Shown here: positions 27,385-39,945 of the stretch, piece after piece
Layout of the letters: each line of letters begins with the position of its first letter
Numbering within the stretch: position 1 is the stretch's first letter
DNA from: Vicugna vicugna
Lineage: Eukaryota
Assembly: GCA_013265495.1 (NCBI GenBank)
Contig: MU058418.1
Location: 2,689,491-2,753,490 of the forward strand
Length of the DNA: 64,000 nt
Direction: 5' to 3'
The notes under the pieces: generated by a model
What the model was told of the DNA's origin: nothing
Database searches by the model: none
Seen by the model: the letters and a program-made list of their open reading frames with translations, nothing else
Made by a program: the position numbers and the translations under genes

Positions 27385-28074
27385 ATGTAAAATCCCTGCT
27401 CAACCATAAAGAACAATTTTCCTTCTTCTGGAACCAGCCATGTAACTCCTTAGATGGTAACCTTCCTTTCTCAATCCTGTAAGGGGTCGCAATGACCCAC
27501 CACTTGCCTTGTATGTGCAGATTCTTTGGTGAACTTTATGTACAATACTAACATATCATTTCCCTTAAAGATAGCGACTGGTGCAGAACAGACTGGGTCA
27601 GGTGACCTGGGGAGATACTGGGCCTCACTTAAGGGAAGTTCCTAGCTTAAATACTTAGAACTTTATTAATGTTACTAGTCATACTACCTGTATTCTGCTT
27701 GTTTTACAAGATTATTGTTTCTTGCATTACCAAATATATGACTGAGCCTCTGATAAAATTAATGATCAGGTGACTTGAAATGATTGACCAAATATATAGT
27801 TCTATAAGATCAGTGATTGTAATAGTGTAAATCTAGATATGGAAACAAGCAACAAGAAGGAACCATTTCCTGGACCATAACAGACTAGGAAGACAGGCAA
27901 TCCAGAGGATTCTGACTACTGTTAACAGGCTCTAGTCCAGTAATAGCACATTGAGTGGCCTATCAATGAAATCCTCACCTGACCTGGGAATGAGAATTCC
28001 TAGCACCGTGGGACAAACTGGTCATGAAATGCCTCCCAAACCTTGGTCAAAATTAAGACCAAAAGGGAGGGGAT
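27385..28074 (+). mobile_element. 3' internal fragment of an ERV1-like provirus ending in a polypurine tract
   Basis: Runs directly into the PPT AAAAGGGAGGGGA (28061-28073) just before the LTR TG. No intact ORF, and the 5' boundary is approximate. Confidence 0.6.
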
Positions 28075-28537
28075 TGTAAAACAAAGAATGTTGCCCACCA
28101 TCCAGTTTACAAGAATCAAGTCATTATCCACTGCAGTTGCTCACCTACAATACAGCCTGAAAGGAATTCAGGGCGAAAATCAGGCTGAGTCACTCTGTGC
28201 TCAGAGAAAACTGGCAGAATAGGCCTTCAGCTAGTTAGATATTTTCAGGAGAAAATTTATGAACCCAGGTTCTAGCATCTTCTCATAAAAGCACTAAAGC
28301 CATTAACTAAGATATCTGCTCCTTATGAACAACAGTAACCTTCCACCAAGTTGGGTGCTTGACTGCATGTACCCCCTTCTTTAAAATCACATGTATACTG
28401 GCCTCCCCCTTTACATCCTCGGAACAGTCCTCAGTGCTCTGTGAAAGACTGTCTCCCAGGTTACAATCCTTGGCTGGGCTTGAATAAAACTTTCCATTTC
28501 TTCCTCAGACTGACTACTGACTAATTTTTTGTCAACA
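28075..28537 (+). mobile_element. ERV1-like 3' LTR
   Basis: TGTAAAA...GTCAACA termini, AATAAA near 28483, preceded by a PPT. Confidence 0.75.
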
Positions 28538-29771
28538 GTATCTGTCCTGTGCAAACAGCCATATATTTTGCTGCTGTCTTTTAGGTGGATGGCCAGCATA
28601 TAAGAGAAACATCTAACCAAGATTGCAGAAAGAAGCCAAATTGTGGAGACCTTATCTTAGTCCTATTAATTATTAGTCCTATTAATCCCCCCAGAGGAAC
28701 TTTATCCATATAATCATAGTAAATGTCTATTTGCAAAAGAAAAACCAGAAAGAAATGCAGGTAGAAAACAGAAAGGAAAGTAATGAAAAAGAATTACAGT
28801 GATATTTGTATGCTTAAAGCCTCTGTAATACAATATACAAAAATGTATGGGTTCCAGGGGAGTCCTAATCACATAGGGCAGTATTTATCCATCATGTCTC
28901 ATTTGCCCTCATTTCACAATGCTCTAAGATTAGAACCCCTGATGTGAAAGAAGATTTAATATTTAGAGCTAGTTCTTGCATGGCTCGGGGAAAGAAGGGG
29001 AAGAGAAAAGAGGAAAAGAATTATATGAAGACTACACTTCACTTCTCTTTATTATAATAGATTATTTTCTTTAAGAGAAGCATAAGCTATGATTAAAGTG
29101 GCAGTATAATTGTGGAATTTTTGTGCCTCTAACACCTGCAAAGGAGGCACGTTGACAAGAAACACTCGGCAACCCAATTATTTCATGCAGGTTTTCATCC
29201 ACCCAGAAAGCCATCCTCAAAATAGAATGGAACTTTTCCTCCTTCACCAATCTGGTAGGTGCCTACAGCAAAGTAACCAAGAACCTGAATAGCATTGTTT
29301 ATGATTACTCTCAGCAAACAAAATTTAAATTTAAAAGATCAAAAGAGTTTAACATATAACTTCCAAACTTTAATTATATCAATTATTTCATTGTGCATTC
29401 AGCTTATATTTCACCTTGTCTTGATGAGAGGCTGAAAAGGAACAAGATGTCCTCAGAGAGATAAGGGATATTGAACTCTGTTCCCAGAAGTAGGAAAACA
29501 GATTATATAAGTGGTCTTTCCAGTTTTGACGAACAGTTTAATTCAACTGTGACATAATGGTAAAATGAAACAAAGTCAAGATTCTGACTATCTAGGAATT
29601 TGGGGAAGTTGGAATGTATACCCTGAATAAGAAAATAAATAACTAAATAGCTAGGGAGAAGGAAACCCAGGGAAATTTTTTCTTTAAGAAGCTAAAAACT
29701 AAAATAATACTTTAAAAATAGCAGTTGCTATTTTCATTCAATTCTTTCATTTTTTTTTTGAAAATAACCTA

Positions 29772-29975
29772 TTTTTTTAATTGAAGTCTAGTCAGTTTAC
29801 AATGTTGTGTCAATTTCTGGTATATAGTGTATGTTTCAGTCATACCTATACATATATATATATTCCTTTTTATATTCTTTTTCATTATAGGTTACTAGAA
29901 GATGTTGAATATAGTTCCCTGTGCTATACAGAAGAAATTTGTTGTATATCTATTTTATTTTTATATATTGTTAAC
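29772..29975 (-). mobile_element. Short L1 3' UTR fragment
   Basis: TTTTTTTAATTGAAGTCTAGTCAGTTTACAATGTTGTGTCAATTTCTGGT...GAATATAGTTCCCTGTGCTATACAG is the reverse complement of the tail seen at about 10960-11110. Confidence 0.85.
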
Positions 29976-30529
29976 CAAAGACATTTAGAGATATACATAA
30001 TAGGTTGAAATAATAAGATTCTTTTTTTTTTTTAACTTACTGGTATCATGGGAATAAGCATTTTCTAGGGGTTACTTTGGGAAATGCAATCCTTTCAATC
30101 ACAAACAATTGTGCAGACAAAATAATCAATCTGAAATAGCTTACTAGGTTATAACATGTACAAAGCAGTTCACAAATCAGAACGCACTTCTGTTGTCTCC
30201 CAAATTGGCAAAAGATCAGCAAGGAAATGGAAAGCATGAGGAAAGTTTTCCAGGTGATGATCCTTGACCTGAATATTCAAGGATGGAAAGAACATGAATC
30301 ATAGGAAAGGAGGATGGGGGCCTCACAGGTAGAATCAGCATAAACCAAAAGAATGGGAAGAGGTTATAAAAACTGACATTTGGGGAATCGCTGAGGCTAA
30401 CAATTTGGGACAGATTAGTGAAAATTAAAGCTACCATTATTGAATGCTTACAACATGAGACTCTGCAAATATTTCCTTTTGTTTTTTTCTAATTTAATTT
30501 TAATAAAACTGAGCTCCAGGGCTCAGACT

Positions 30530-30925
30530 CAGATCTCTTTATTAGCCATACTCACTGCCCATATGACCTTCTGCAGTCTCATGGCTTTAAGGTCACTTGT
30601 ACACTAATGACTCCCACATCTCCATCTTCAGCCTGAACATTTCCTCCAGTTCCAGACCCATGTGTCTAACTGCCTATTTGACATTTCCATTTGGATGTCC
30701 AAAGGGTATCTCAAACTTACGATGTTTAAAACAAAACTGATTTCTATCCACTGCCCCCTAAAACACAAACACTAAAGAACAATAACAAAAAAAGAAAAAC
30801 TACTACTCCCTCATCTTCCTTTAAAATATATCCAGTATCGGACCACTTCTCACATCTCCACGTCTACCTTCCTGTCTAACCCATCACCATCTCCAGCAGG
30901 AATCACTACAACAGCCTCCTAAAGG
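30530..30925 (+). mobile_element. L2 LINE fragment
   Basis: AGTCTCATGGCTTTAA...CTAACTGCCTATTTGACATTTCCATTTGGATGTC...CTCAAACTTA...ACCACTTCTCAC. Confidence 0.7.
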
Positions 30926-31331
30926 AGGTGGGTGTGAACTTGCCCTCCAGTGGCCTCTAAGTATGCATTTCAACTGCTTCCTTTTGTAGGACAGGCTTTA
31001 GTTATCAATTCTGTTGTTAAGTGGAGACTAAGATTTAAGAGTGATTCTTGAACAGGTGAAACAGAAACAGCAGAAGCTGAGAGCAGATATGAAAGGACAA
31101 GTGTGCAAGGTGGGGTTGAGTGTGTCAAGCATGGAACATTTGAGGACATCCAGAGGGACAAAAGAACCTGAAATCCTAAGCAATATCAAGTCCTAGGTCA
31201 AATGTCCCCTCCACATTAGCCTTTCTCAACTCCCCAGACAGAGATCAAGACCTTAATCACAGTATTGGTCACATTACTGGCTGGCTGTGCTGAGTGCCTC
31301 CCCAACTAGACTTTGAGCTCATTTAGTGCCC

Positions 31332-31383
31332 CCAGCACCTGATGTAGTATTGGGGACCCAGCACCTGATGCAGTATTGGGGAC
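31332..31383 (+). repeat. 26 bp tandem duplication
   Basis: CCAGCACCTGATG(T/C)AGTATTGGGGAC twice, with one mismatch. Confidence 0.9.
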
Positions 31384-32649
31384 CTGGTAAGCCCTTCGCA
31401 AAAGTGTGCTGAAAAGTCCTTGGCAAAACGTGGTATCATGGAATGTGCATTAGGAACATGGAGAAGGAAGCTCCTGCATTCCTTTAGAGGAGCAAATTAA
31501 GATTTTACATAGGAAATGAGGTTATACATATACGTGTGTGTGTGTATTTGTCCAGGAAAATAACACTGATGTCCTCGACAGGGACAGCAGAGGAGGAAAG
31601 CCAGAGGGGCAAGGCTTGAAAAGGAAGTGAGAGAAAGGAAAACAATGGAAGAAATTGGTGGGTGTGATATTGAAAAGTACATTAGAAGCTAAAGAAAGCA
31701 GCAGAGTCCAAGGAACAGTTTTTCTCTCTCCCCAACAGGCCAAGCAGTGGGGAAGATGGAGGGTGGATGTTTAAAAGAAAAGAGGAAACGCCAGGCAACA
31801 GAAAGAAGTTGACCCAGAGGATGTGATTAGGGTTGATGGGTATAAACACCAGGCAAGCTCATACCTGCAGTTCTTAATCTTCTCACTCTCAAGTATCAAG
31901 TAAATGACTGAGCTCCAAGAGGAGGATAGAAAGCCAGAGGCTTAACAGAGGGTAAAAGTGAACTACTCAATGAGGTGTGAGCCAGTAAGCTAATGAGGGA
32001 GGAAGGCCAACACTGCTGGGGTTGTAAGACAAACCCGGGATATTACTTCAGTCCTCTAGGTTCCGATTAACTTCTCATTAAGTGGTGCTGGGGGCTCGAC
32101 TTCTCACCTCGCGCAGGCCACCCTGCCAACGCCTTTAGCAGATTCCAAGGGGAATTTGGCTGAGTGGATCTTCATCGCCACTATGAAGACAGAGTGGAAA
32201 AACAATGTACAGTGGATAACCACCCAGCTTCGCCCAGGGCTCGAGGAGAAAAGTCGGAGGAGCACAAAATATAAACAAAACCACAATTCCCTTCTTGTCC
32301 TCGCCTTGCGCGGCGCTCATGCTCTCCCCTCACTAAAATGTAAGTTCTGTGAGAGCTGGGCTTGGTCCTCCCCTGCTAGGTGCCCGCATAACAGGGGACC
32401 TGGCACACAGTGGACGCTCAGCAAATACTGGTTGAATATTAAACGAACTCTGCTCAGTCCCACTTCATTGTACCCGGGCATTGAAGGATGACACCAGTGG
32501 AGCTGCCTAAGAGACAGCAGGGGTAAGAGGAAGCGGAAGAATATTCTGAGGGTCCCAATGGGGCAGCCTGAGAGCCCAGAGCAGAGGGCTCTGTAGCGCT
32601 GGACCGGAGGAAGATTCGAGTCTAAGGCCCAACACTGTATCTTGTGCAA

Positions 32650-33300
32650 CTGACCTTCCGGCGGAGACGCCCGCGCGGGGCGCAGCAGCCCGACTCCGGC
32701 GTCCCGCGCCCGCCGACCCCCGGCGGCGCTCGGCGCCCGCTGCGCACATAGGTCACCTGCCTTCTTCTGGCGCCGCGCAGTGGGCCGGGCGCGGGTAGCA
32801 GGTGCGGCCCTGTCGGCCGGGGGGCCGGGTCTGGTCGCGCGCTGCGGGCCGGGGGCCGGGGCCCGGTGCGCCGCAGCTCCACGCAGAGTCGCAGGCCGAG
32901 CAACAGCGCGGCGCCGAGCAGACACCGGCGCAGGGCGCTGCACCCCCTCCCGGGCGGCCTCTCCCAGGCCATGGTGGGCCCGTCTGGGGCTGGGCTCTGC
33001 CACCCGCGCGCGCCGGCCCGCAGCGGGGATGTGGCCCTGTGGGCCCGAGCTGCCACTGTGGGAACTCCCCCGCGGGCCGGGGCGCGGACTCGGGCCCGCC
33101 TCCCTTCCCCTGTCCTAGGAAGCCTCGGCGTAACCTTGTCCTGCCCGGCGGAGCTCGCTCGGCCGGCCCGGTCGAGGGGCGGCCGGCAGGTGGGGTCTTG
33201 GGGTCGCAGGCAGCTCGGCTGAGCCAGACCAGGGGCCCAGCCCCACTTCGGGGATCCCGGAGGAGGTGCCCTCCAGCCCGGCTTCCGGAGCCTGAAAGCT
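32650..33300. promoter_or_regulatory. CpG island / TATA-less promoter of METTL24
   Basis: Very high GC and CpG density against an AT-rich, CpG-poor background. Contains GC-box-like motifs (CGGGGCGCGG, GGGGCGGCC) and spans exon 1 and its upstream region. Confidence 0.88.
32655..32972 (-). CDS. METTL24: Methyltransferase-like protein 24, first coding exon (106 codons)
   Basis: ATG at 32972 in a strong Kozak context (CCCACCATGG). Translation [35 protein letters not shown]...[16 protein letters not shown]...[12 protein letters not shown] matches the recalled mammalian METTL24 N-terminus. Phase-0 donor AAG|GTCAGT at 32655/32654. Lies next to DDO, as in other mammals. Confidence 0.95.
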
Positions 33301-35704
33301 ACATGGCCAGAAAAAGCACATTTCTAACGGGATCCTGGGCTGTAACTTCATTTTCTAGTATTAGTGTTGTTGAAGCGAGGAAGATAGGTTAGCTGCCAGG
33401 TTTTGCTACAAGGAACAAATTCTGATTGTCAAGCAGTTTGTTACATTAAACACATTATAAAAATATATCGCACTATGCTCAGGTTTACAACTTCTCTCCC
33501 TCAAGAAAGAAGGGGGAAGGGGAGGAGAGAATAGCGCTGGATGCAGAATAATCAAATTAGAGTTATTCCATTTCTAAATTCTGCCTGAAGCCAACCCGTG
33601 CTTTCCCCCCCGTGTTTTGAAATGTGTGGGGGTGAAGGAGGAGGGGGAGAAAGCCAGCTAAGACATCTGACAGCAGGGAGACAGAACAGAAGTTACCATG
33701 GCATGATGTAAATCAAATTAATTTAGCTCCAAACACACACCTCCCTGCTGTCTTGCAGAGATACAGAGGGACAAATTTATCTTTCGGCAAAATGCACCCC
33801 AGCTGGTATTTCCATCACCACCTTGACCTTAATTAATCAGAATGAACGTTCACAGCCTGAAGTCCTGTGTTGGCTATTCCGTTTTCAGTTGTTAGTAGAA
33901 TTCTTTCTCACAACCCGTTTAAGGTTTGGGTTTGGGTTTATTTTCTTTCGCTGTGGCCACATTTTTTTCATACTCTAAGCTTGCATTTTCCATACTTTTA
34001 CGTGAGCCTACCCCCGCTGACGTATCCTGTCCCCTTGACAGCCTACAGCACGGACAACAGAGAACAAATATGGAAGCCCCGCCCCCACCCCGTATGAATT
34101 TCGGGAATTTTCCATAAGGAGCCCTCCTTTCTAAAATCTCCCTGGCTTAAGAAAGACCCGATTTAGTCTTTGTCACTGCACAAAGCACTTGGGCTATTTC
34201 TCTACATGTAACAAAACTTCTCAACCTGATCTAGTCCATTCCCTGGGCACACCCGGTCCTCAGGCTCCTGAGTGTTTCATCATGATTGACTTTTGTTTTT
34301 TTCTTAGACGTAGCCCTCTGGCTATTGCAGATGGGCTCTGTTTAAAAGAATCCAAGCAAGTACATTTTTCCTGACAAACTCTCAGAGAAAACCTCACATC
34401 CTATGACTATTTAAACAACATGAACTGTGATGTCAGACTTGAACTGTGTGCTGAATCAGGAAGCTACGAAGCTTTGGACAAGTACTTCATCTTTCAAAGA
34501 CTCAATTTTCTCATGTGTAAATAGACCTATATATCTGATAGGATTACAAAGATAGCATAAAATATTGTATGTTCAGTACTACCTGGTTCACAGAAGTTAC
34601 TCAATTAATAGTAATTGTTTTTATTATTTACCATTAAAGAAAATCATGGATCTTATGAAAAACAAAATTTAAGCATTGATTCCAAGGTAGGTAAACATAA
34701 GAAAGTATAAAGAGATTTATGTAAGTGTATTTATCTTATACAGTAGTCTCTGGATTAGGAGTACCCAACAGTTGCAGGAAACCACAAAGACTCAAGATCC
34801 CACAAATGCACCCTATTAAGTTACATAATTGTGTGAAGCTATTTAAGACATGATTTGTGGCGTTCTCAGTAAACCTGGATCACCAATGTCTGGTGTAGAC
34901 TTTGCTAGAAGTTTTAATTTCTATGCTACCAACACAGTGAAAGAAGTATCTTTTGAAGATTATGATATCACTAACTTAAACCCTCTGCTCATCCTTTGAG
35001 TCACTCTCTGGGAGGAAAAATGAGGAGTATCCTGTATTATTAAAATGGGGTATTAGTGAGACTCTGGACTGAGGAGGGGAGGGTGGGACATAGAACAGTG
35101 TAGCTCTTGAAGAGAACGGGCAAGATGACCTCATATTTTCCATTACTTCATTTCTATCATTCTCTAATAATATTTCCATTATGGGGGAAAATTCAAATAA
35201 AATATAATATTTAAATGCCTCTTTCTCTTATCTTTTGCACTGTCTCTATGTGTTTATTACTAATAAAAAGGAAATGTTTATATGTATGTAACATCATTAA
35301 TTTTCTAGGAAGGAATCTGCCATTTTTAACTTCCACACAGTATTTCTATGTGTTGTGGATGGTAATGAATCAGGAAATGGATCAGTCAGTCAGCGGAGAG
35401 GCAAATCTAACTGATGCCTGTTGTAGCTGACAAGCAATCTTTCATTCACAAACTTTGTTTTTCTTATAGAGTTGAACTTGTCTCTGTCATTTCTGGATAT
35501 GTTTCCGAAACACAGATAATTATTAACTACGAGTTGTAGGTTCGTTAATTAAATGTGCAGGTCAGTAAACCACAAAAGCAGCTTTCATTAGATCACAAAT
35601 TACATCCTCCTTGAGGTTTCAGCCAGCAAAATTAGTGTAACAGAACATTTTTACTACTAATCTCCTAGACACCAAACATTTCAATTTGCACACATGCTGT
35701 AGTG

Positions 35705-35929
35705 CAGTGGTTCTCACCAGAGGTAATTTTGCCTCCCAGGGGACAATTGGCAACTTCTGAAGACATTTTTGGTTGTTACAACAGGTAAGGGTTGGGGAGG
35801 ATGCTACTGGTATCCAATGGATAGAGATCAGAAATACTGCAAAAACTTCCTCCAATGCAAAGGATAGCTTTCCACAAGAGAGAATTTTCCAGCCCAAAAT
35901 GTCAACAGAGCTAAAGTTGAGAAACCCTA
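35705..35929 (+). mobile_element. MER20 hAT-Charlie element
   Basis: CAGTGGTTCTCA...TTTTGCCTCCCAGGGGACAATTGGCAA...GACATTTTTGGTTGTTACAAC...GCCCAAAATGTCAA...GTTGAGAAACCCT. Confidence 0.85.
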
Positions 35930-36419
35930 TTGTAGCCATGGATGTTAATGTAGCAACTTTTAATTATAGAAACCAACAGACAAGGATCCTCACCTCCACT
36001 AGTGGTTATTTCTGTTTCACATTGTGAAGTACCCAACCTGAATTAAAGTAATCAAATTTTGAAAGAAATGGAGCTGGGATGTCTGGCATCTGCATCTTCC
36101 CCCACGCCCACCATCTTTTCTCCATGTAATACCTATTCATTGTGGAAAATACACACAAGCAAAAGAAGATATCAACAATCATTCATAATATCACAACTCA
36201 GATATAGCTATCCTGTCAGATTTTGTCTTGTTCATATGTATATATACATATATATACACACACACAGAGTTTTCAAAAGTGAAATCATATGTATCTCTTT
36301 ATAATCTGCTTTTGTAACATAATGTTATATAATTTACATGTATACAATAATAAAATATTATTATTTAATATTAATATTTAAATTATACTTAAATATATAA
36401 TTTATCATGTTAAATAATA

Positions 36420-37400
36420 TAATGTCTGGGATTTGCTTAAAAACAATCCAGTGAGGAGGTGGGAGTTAAGTGGGAGTATAAATGAAACAAGAATTGATAA
36501 TTGTTGACAATTGTTATTGCTGGCTGATGGGGGTTCACAACTCTCATTACTGAGTATCTTTGGAAGTGTTCCACAATACAAATGTCACTAAACATTAACC
36601 TGTCAACCTACATCATTTTTAATGGCTACATTTACCATAATTTAACCAATCTTTCACTGTTGAACAATTAGATCATTTCAAGTTTTTATTTTATAAATAA
36701 TGCTGCGATGGACATCTTTGTAGCTAAATCTGATAGGTCAGAGGTAGACTGTGAGAAAAATAAAGAAGCCAAGGATAATTCCAAGGCTTTTCTTGAGTAA
36801 TTGGAAGAATGATATTGCCATTAACTGAGAAGGGTAAGACTCAACTAAGAGTAGTCTGGGTGAAAAATCAAGAGTTTGATGTTGGTGGTCATGTTAAGTT
36901 TGGGAAGCCATACAAGAGGAGATGTCAAGTGGGCAGTTGGATTTAAAAGACTAGAATTCAGGGGAATAGTGAAGGCTGGAAATATAAATGTGGATCATCA
37001 ACATACTGATGTTGAGCGAGGGAGGGAAGAAATATTTGAAGGCTTAGCTCTAGAGTCCACCAATTTAAGGTAAGGAAGATGGGGAGGATCCAACAAAGGA
37101 TTAAGAGATAGACAGGCAGTAAAGTAAGAGAATACGTACCATCCTAGAAACCAAGTGAAGAAAGTATTTCTAGAAGGAAAAGACTGAGAGGGCTAATAAA
37201 ATGTGGGCTGAAAACTGCCCATGAGATCTGTTAACAACATGTCTTGTTTATTATCTGTCTCTCCCAACTAGAATGTAAATTTCATGAGGTCAGGGACTTC
37301 GTCTGCTTTGACTATTGCTATAATCTCAGTTCCTTGAACTGTCCCTGGCACGTAGTATGTGCTCAATAAATAACTGTTGAATTAAAGAGTGAAAAATAAA
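36420..37400. mobile_element. Patchwork of old L1MC/L1ME and L2 fragments
   Basis: L1MC-like tail (AATGTCTGGGATTTGCTT) near 36420, antisense L2 about 36740-37230, and an L2 3' end (GTGCTCAATAAATAACTGTTGAAT) near 37360. Confidence 0.6.
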
Positions 37401-39724
37401 TCAAATCTGTGTATATTTATAATTATTTCATCATATTAAATTCTTAAGAGTAGAATTGTTAAGTTAAAGCAAAATTGAAAGTCTTTTGATGTGAAGGGAT
37501 ATTATTAATTTTTCAGTCCATCAAAAAAGACTGTATTAATCCCATTTAAAGCCCATCAAATGTTCCTTTGTTATCAGGGGGAAACCTCAAAGGATAGCTT
37601 GAGCCAGCCTCTGAGATGAACTATTAAGTTTATTTTAGTTCCCTCCTACTTCTATCACTGCACTTGAAACCACACTTGATTTCCCCTTAAATGCCCATCT
37701 CAAGTTGCATCTTAGATGGGATTGTATTCACTGGACTGTCAATAAGTTTCCTCCTCCCCGCCTTAAGGATGTAGCTAAATATTAAGATACTAGTTCAACA
37801 CAAATTAAGACCCCATCAGAATTATCCACATTAAGGGAAGAACTCATCAAGATTAAAGCTTTCATGACCTAGAAGAACTGATATCTGGGGCTGGGAGTCC
37901 TGCCTAAAATCACATCACTGCCTAGTCTATCACCTAATAAAGCCTGCTCTGGGCTAATCTTATGGAAAATGCCTGGAGACTGTCTTGGTGCCCTGGCCTG
38001 CTTGGGAAAGAAAATGAGTCTCCTGCCTCTTTTGAATCCCTTAATGCTGCGTTCTCTCATTCTTGGTGTTTGTCTTACTCAAGCATTTGTGGACTTGCTT
38101 TATCCTTCCCCTACACAGGCTGTTTCTCAAGCATGGGATGGGATTTAACCCACCTCTGCATTGCCTGCAATGTCTTTTGTGGAATGGGCCTCAATCAGAC
38201 CTCTGGAACTGTTGGCAAACAACAGACATCACACTCAACCCTGCTGAAATCAGACCCAAGACATTTCCTCCAGAAGATCCTGGCACTCATCCACCCTAAC
38301 CAGTAAGGAATCATGCTCAAACCTGTGTTTGATGGCTCACAGGTAACATCTACCTGGTTCCTTTTTCCCACTCAAGGAACTTGGAAAGAATCAGAAAATG
38401 CTTCATACAAGCCATTGAAAAAAAAGAAAGATGTGGGTGTGGGGAAAGCAGTTTGTGGACAGGGTGCAAACTATGAGGGCTGGCAGCTCTTAGGTAAACG
38501 CTAGGCCTGGACAGGAAGTTCATAAAAAACACATCACACACATGTACACACACTTTCCTGGATTCTGAAAACACATCTGAAGCATTTTAGATAGGTTTAT
38601 TTACAGACATCAACTCCTATGATGAGACAGTCCTGGATTTTATGACAATAAAGCAGCTTAGGTTAAAAATGATCAAAACATTGCCTGTTCATGGGCCACC
38701 TATGGAGCATTTCCCCTTCCTCCCCTTCAACTCATCATTATGACACATGCCAGAAATAATCTCCCTGCTACAGATCACTTTGAAGTCAAAAACATTCCTG
38801 GTTGAAACTTTCCCGAAGTCAAGGGCTTAAAAAAACCTTTTAAGGTCAGAAAAGATCACCATGGAACTGACAGGATAAAGTGAAGCACAGCATGCCCAAA
38901 GGCAAACATCTCAGGGCCCTGTCATTTCAACTTAGCCTGTGAATATATAACAAATCCTGAGGTCAAAAGCCATTTTGCTTTTTCATCACATCACTGCTCT
39001 AGCCCTAGAGAGAGCAGAACTATACTATTTTCAGATCATAATGCACAGGCTCTCAAACTTAAGTGTGCATGAGAACCACTTGAGAGTTATTTAAATATAG
39101 GTTAGGAAGTCCCACCTCCAGAAATTAAGTCAGAGGGAGGCACCAAAAATTTTTCATTTAACAAGTTTCAAGTGGCCGGTGGATCAAACTTTTAGAAGAC
39201 TTGACATGGCGGTTCCCCAGCCATGGTGACGGTGGAGGTGGGTAGGGGCAGGGAGCAGAATGTAGGAAGCAATTATTACAAGGTATCCATGCATCCATGG
39301 GTGCAAATGTTCTCCTTCAGTCCTCTAAATACAGTTACTAACAAACTTGTAGGCATTAACAAGGGATCCTCACGAGCAAAAGTTCAGGAGCTCCCTTGGC
39401 AACCATTCTTTCCTTCCCCATGACACCTGATGGGAAGGTGAAGGGAGTACAAAGAGGAGAACTTCCTTCCCCTATTTGTTCTGGGAATTTCGCAGAGCTC
39501 TGGAATGAAAGGGTAAGGAGCTGGGGTCACCCCCAGGAATATTGTGTGGGCAGGGCTGCTCCTTGCTGACTCAAGGTAAGGCAGTAGCAGCTGGAAATCT
39601 GCAAAACCTTCACTGGGATACAGTGCCCTTCGACTTACTAAAGGACCCCAGAGAGTTAAAGATACATGCACTTGGGAAGGCAGGTTAAGGAAACAAAGCC
39701 AAAAGATCAGGTGAAGCAGAAGAC

Positions 39725-39945
39725 CCTAGTCTAAGCATGGCTTCTCTGAAACTACTAACAGTGTAGCCCTGCACAAGTTACCTTATCTCTCTGTTCCTCA
39801 GTTTCCTCATCCATAAAAGAGAGACAACAACAGTAACTTCCTCGTAGGGTTGCTGTGATGATTAAATGAGTTAATGTATTTAAAGAACTTAAAGTTGTGT
39901 GCCTGGACCACATTAAGTGCTGTCATGTGTAATGTGTTATTATCA
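39725..39945 (+). mobile_element. MIR SINE
   Basis: CAAGTTACCTTATCTCTCTGTTCCTCAGTTTCCTCATCCATAAAA...AGGGTTGCTGTGATGATTAAATGAGTTAAT. Confidence 0.75.

Noticed and set aside
1..32654. Search for METTL24 exon 2 (GPRWHIDLQPWAG...)
   Set aside because: Not found by eye or in the ORF track. It probably lies left of the window, though a short exon could have been missed.
32973..33056. 28-codon N-terminal extension of the METTL24 ORF
   Set aside because: Begins at GTG in the ORF track. The ATG at 32972 has the strong Kozak context and matches the known N-terminus.
32317..33392. Several long overlapping ORFs (228, 196, 118, 112 aa) on both strands of the CpG island
   Set aside because: Expected from stop-codon scarcity in very GC-rich DNA. 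They are Ala/Arg/Pro/Gly-rich with no recognisable domain, and only the METTL24 frame has a Kozak ATG and a splice donor.
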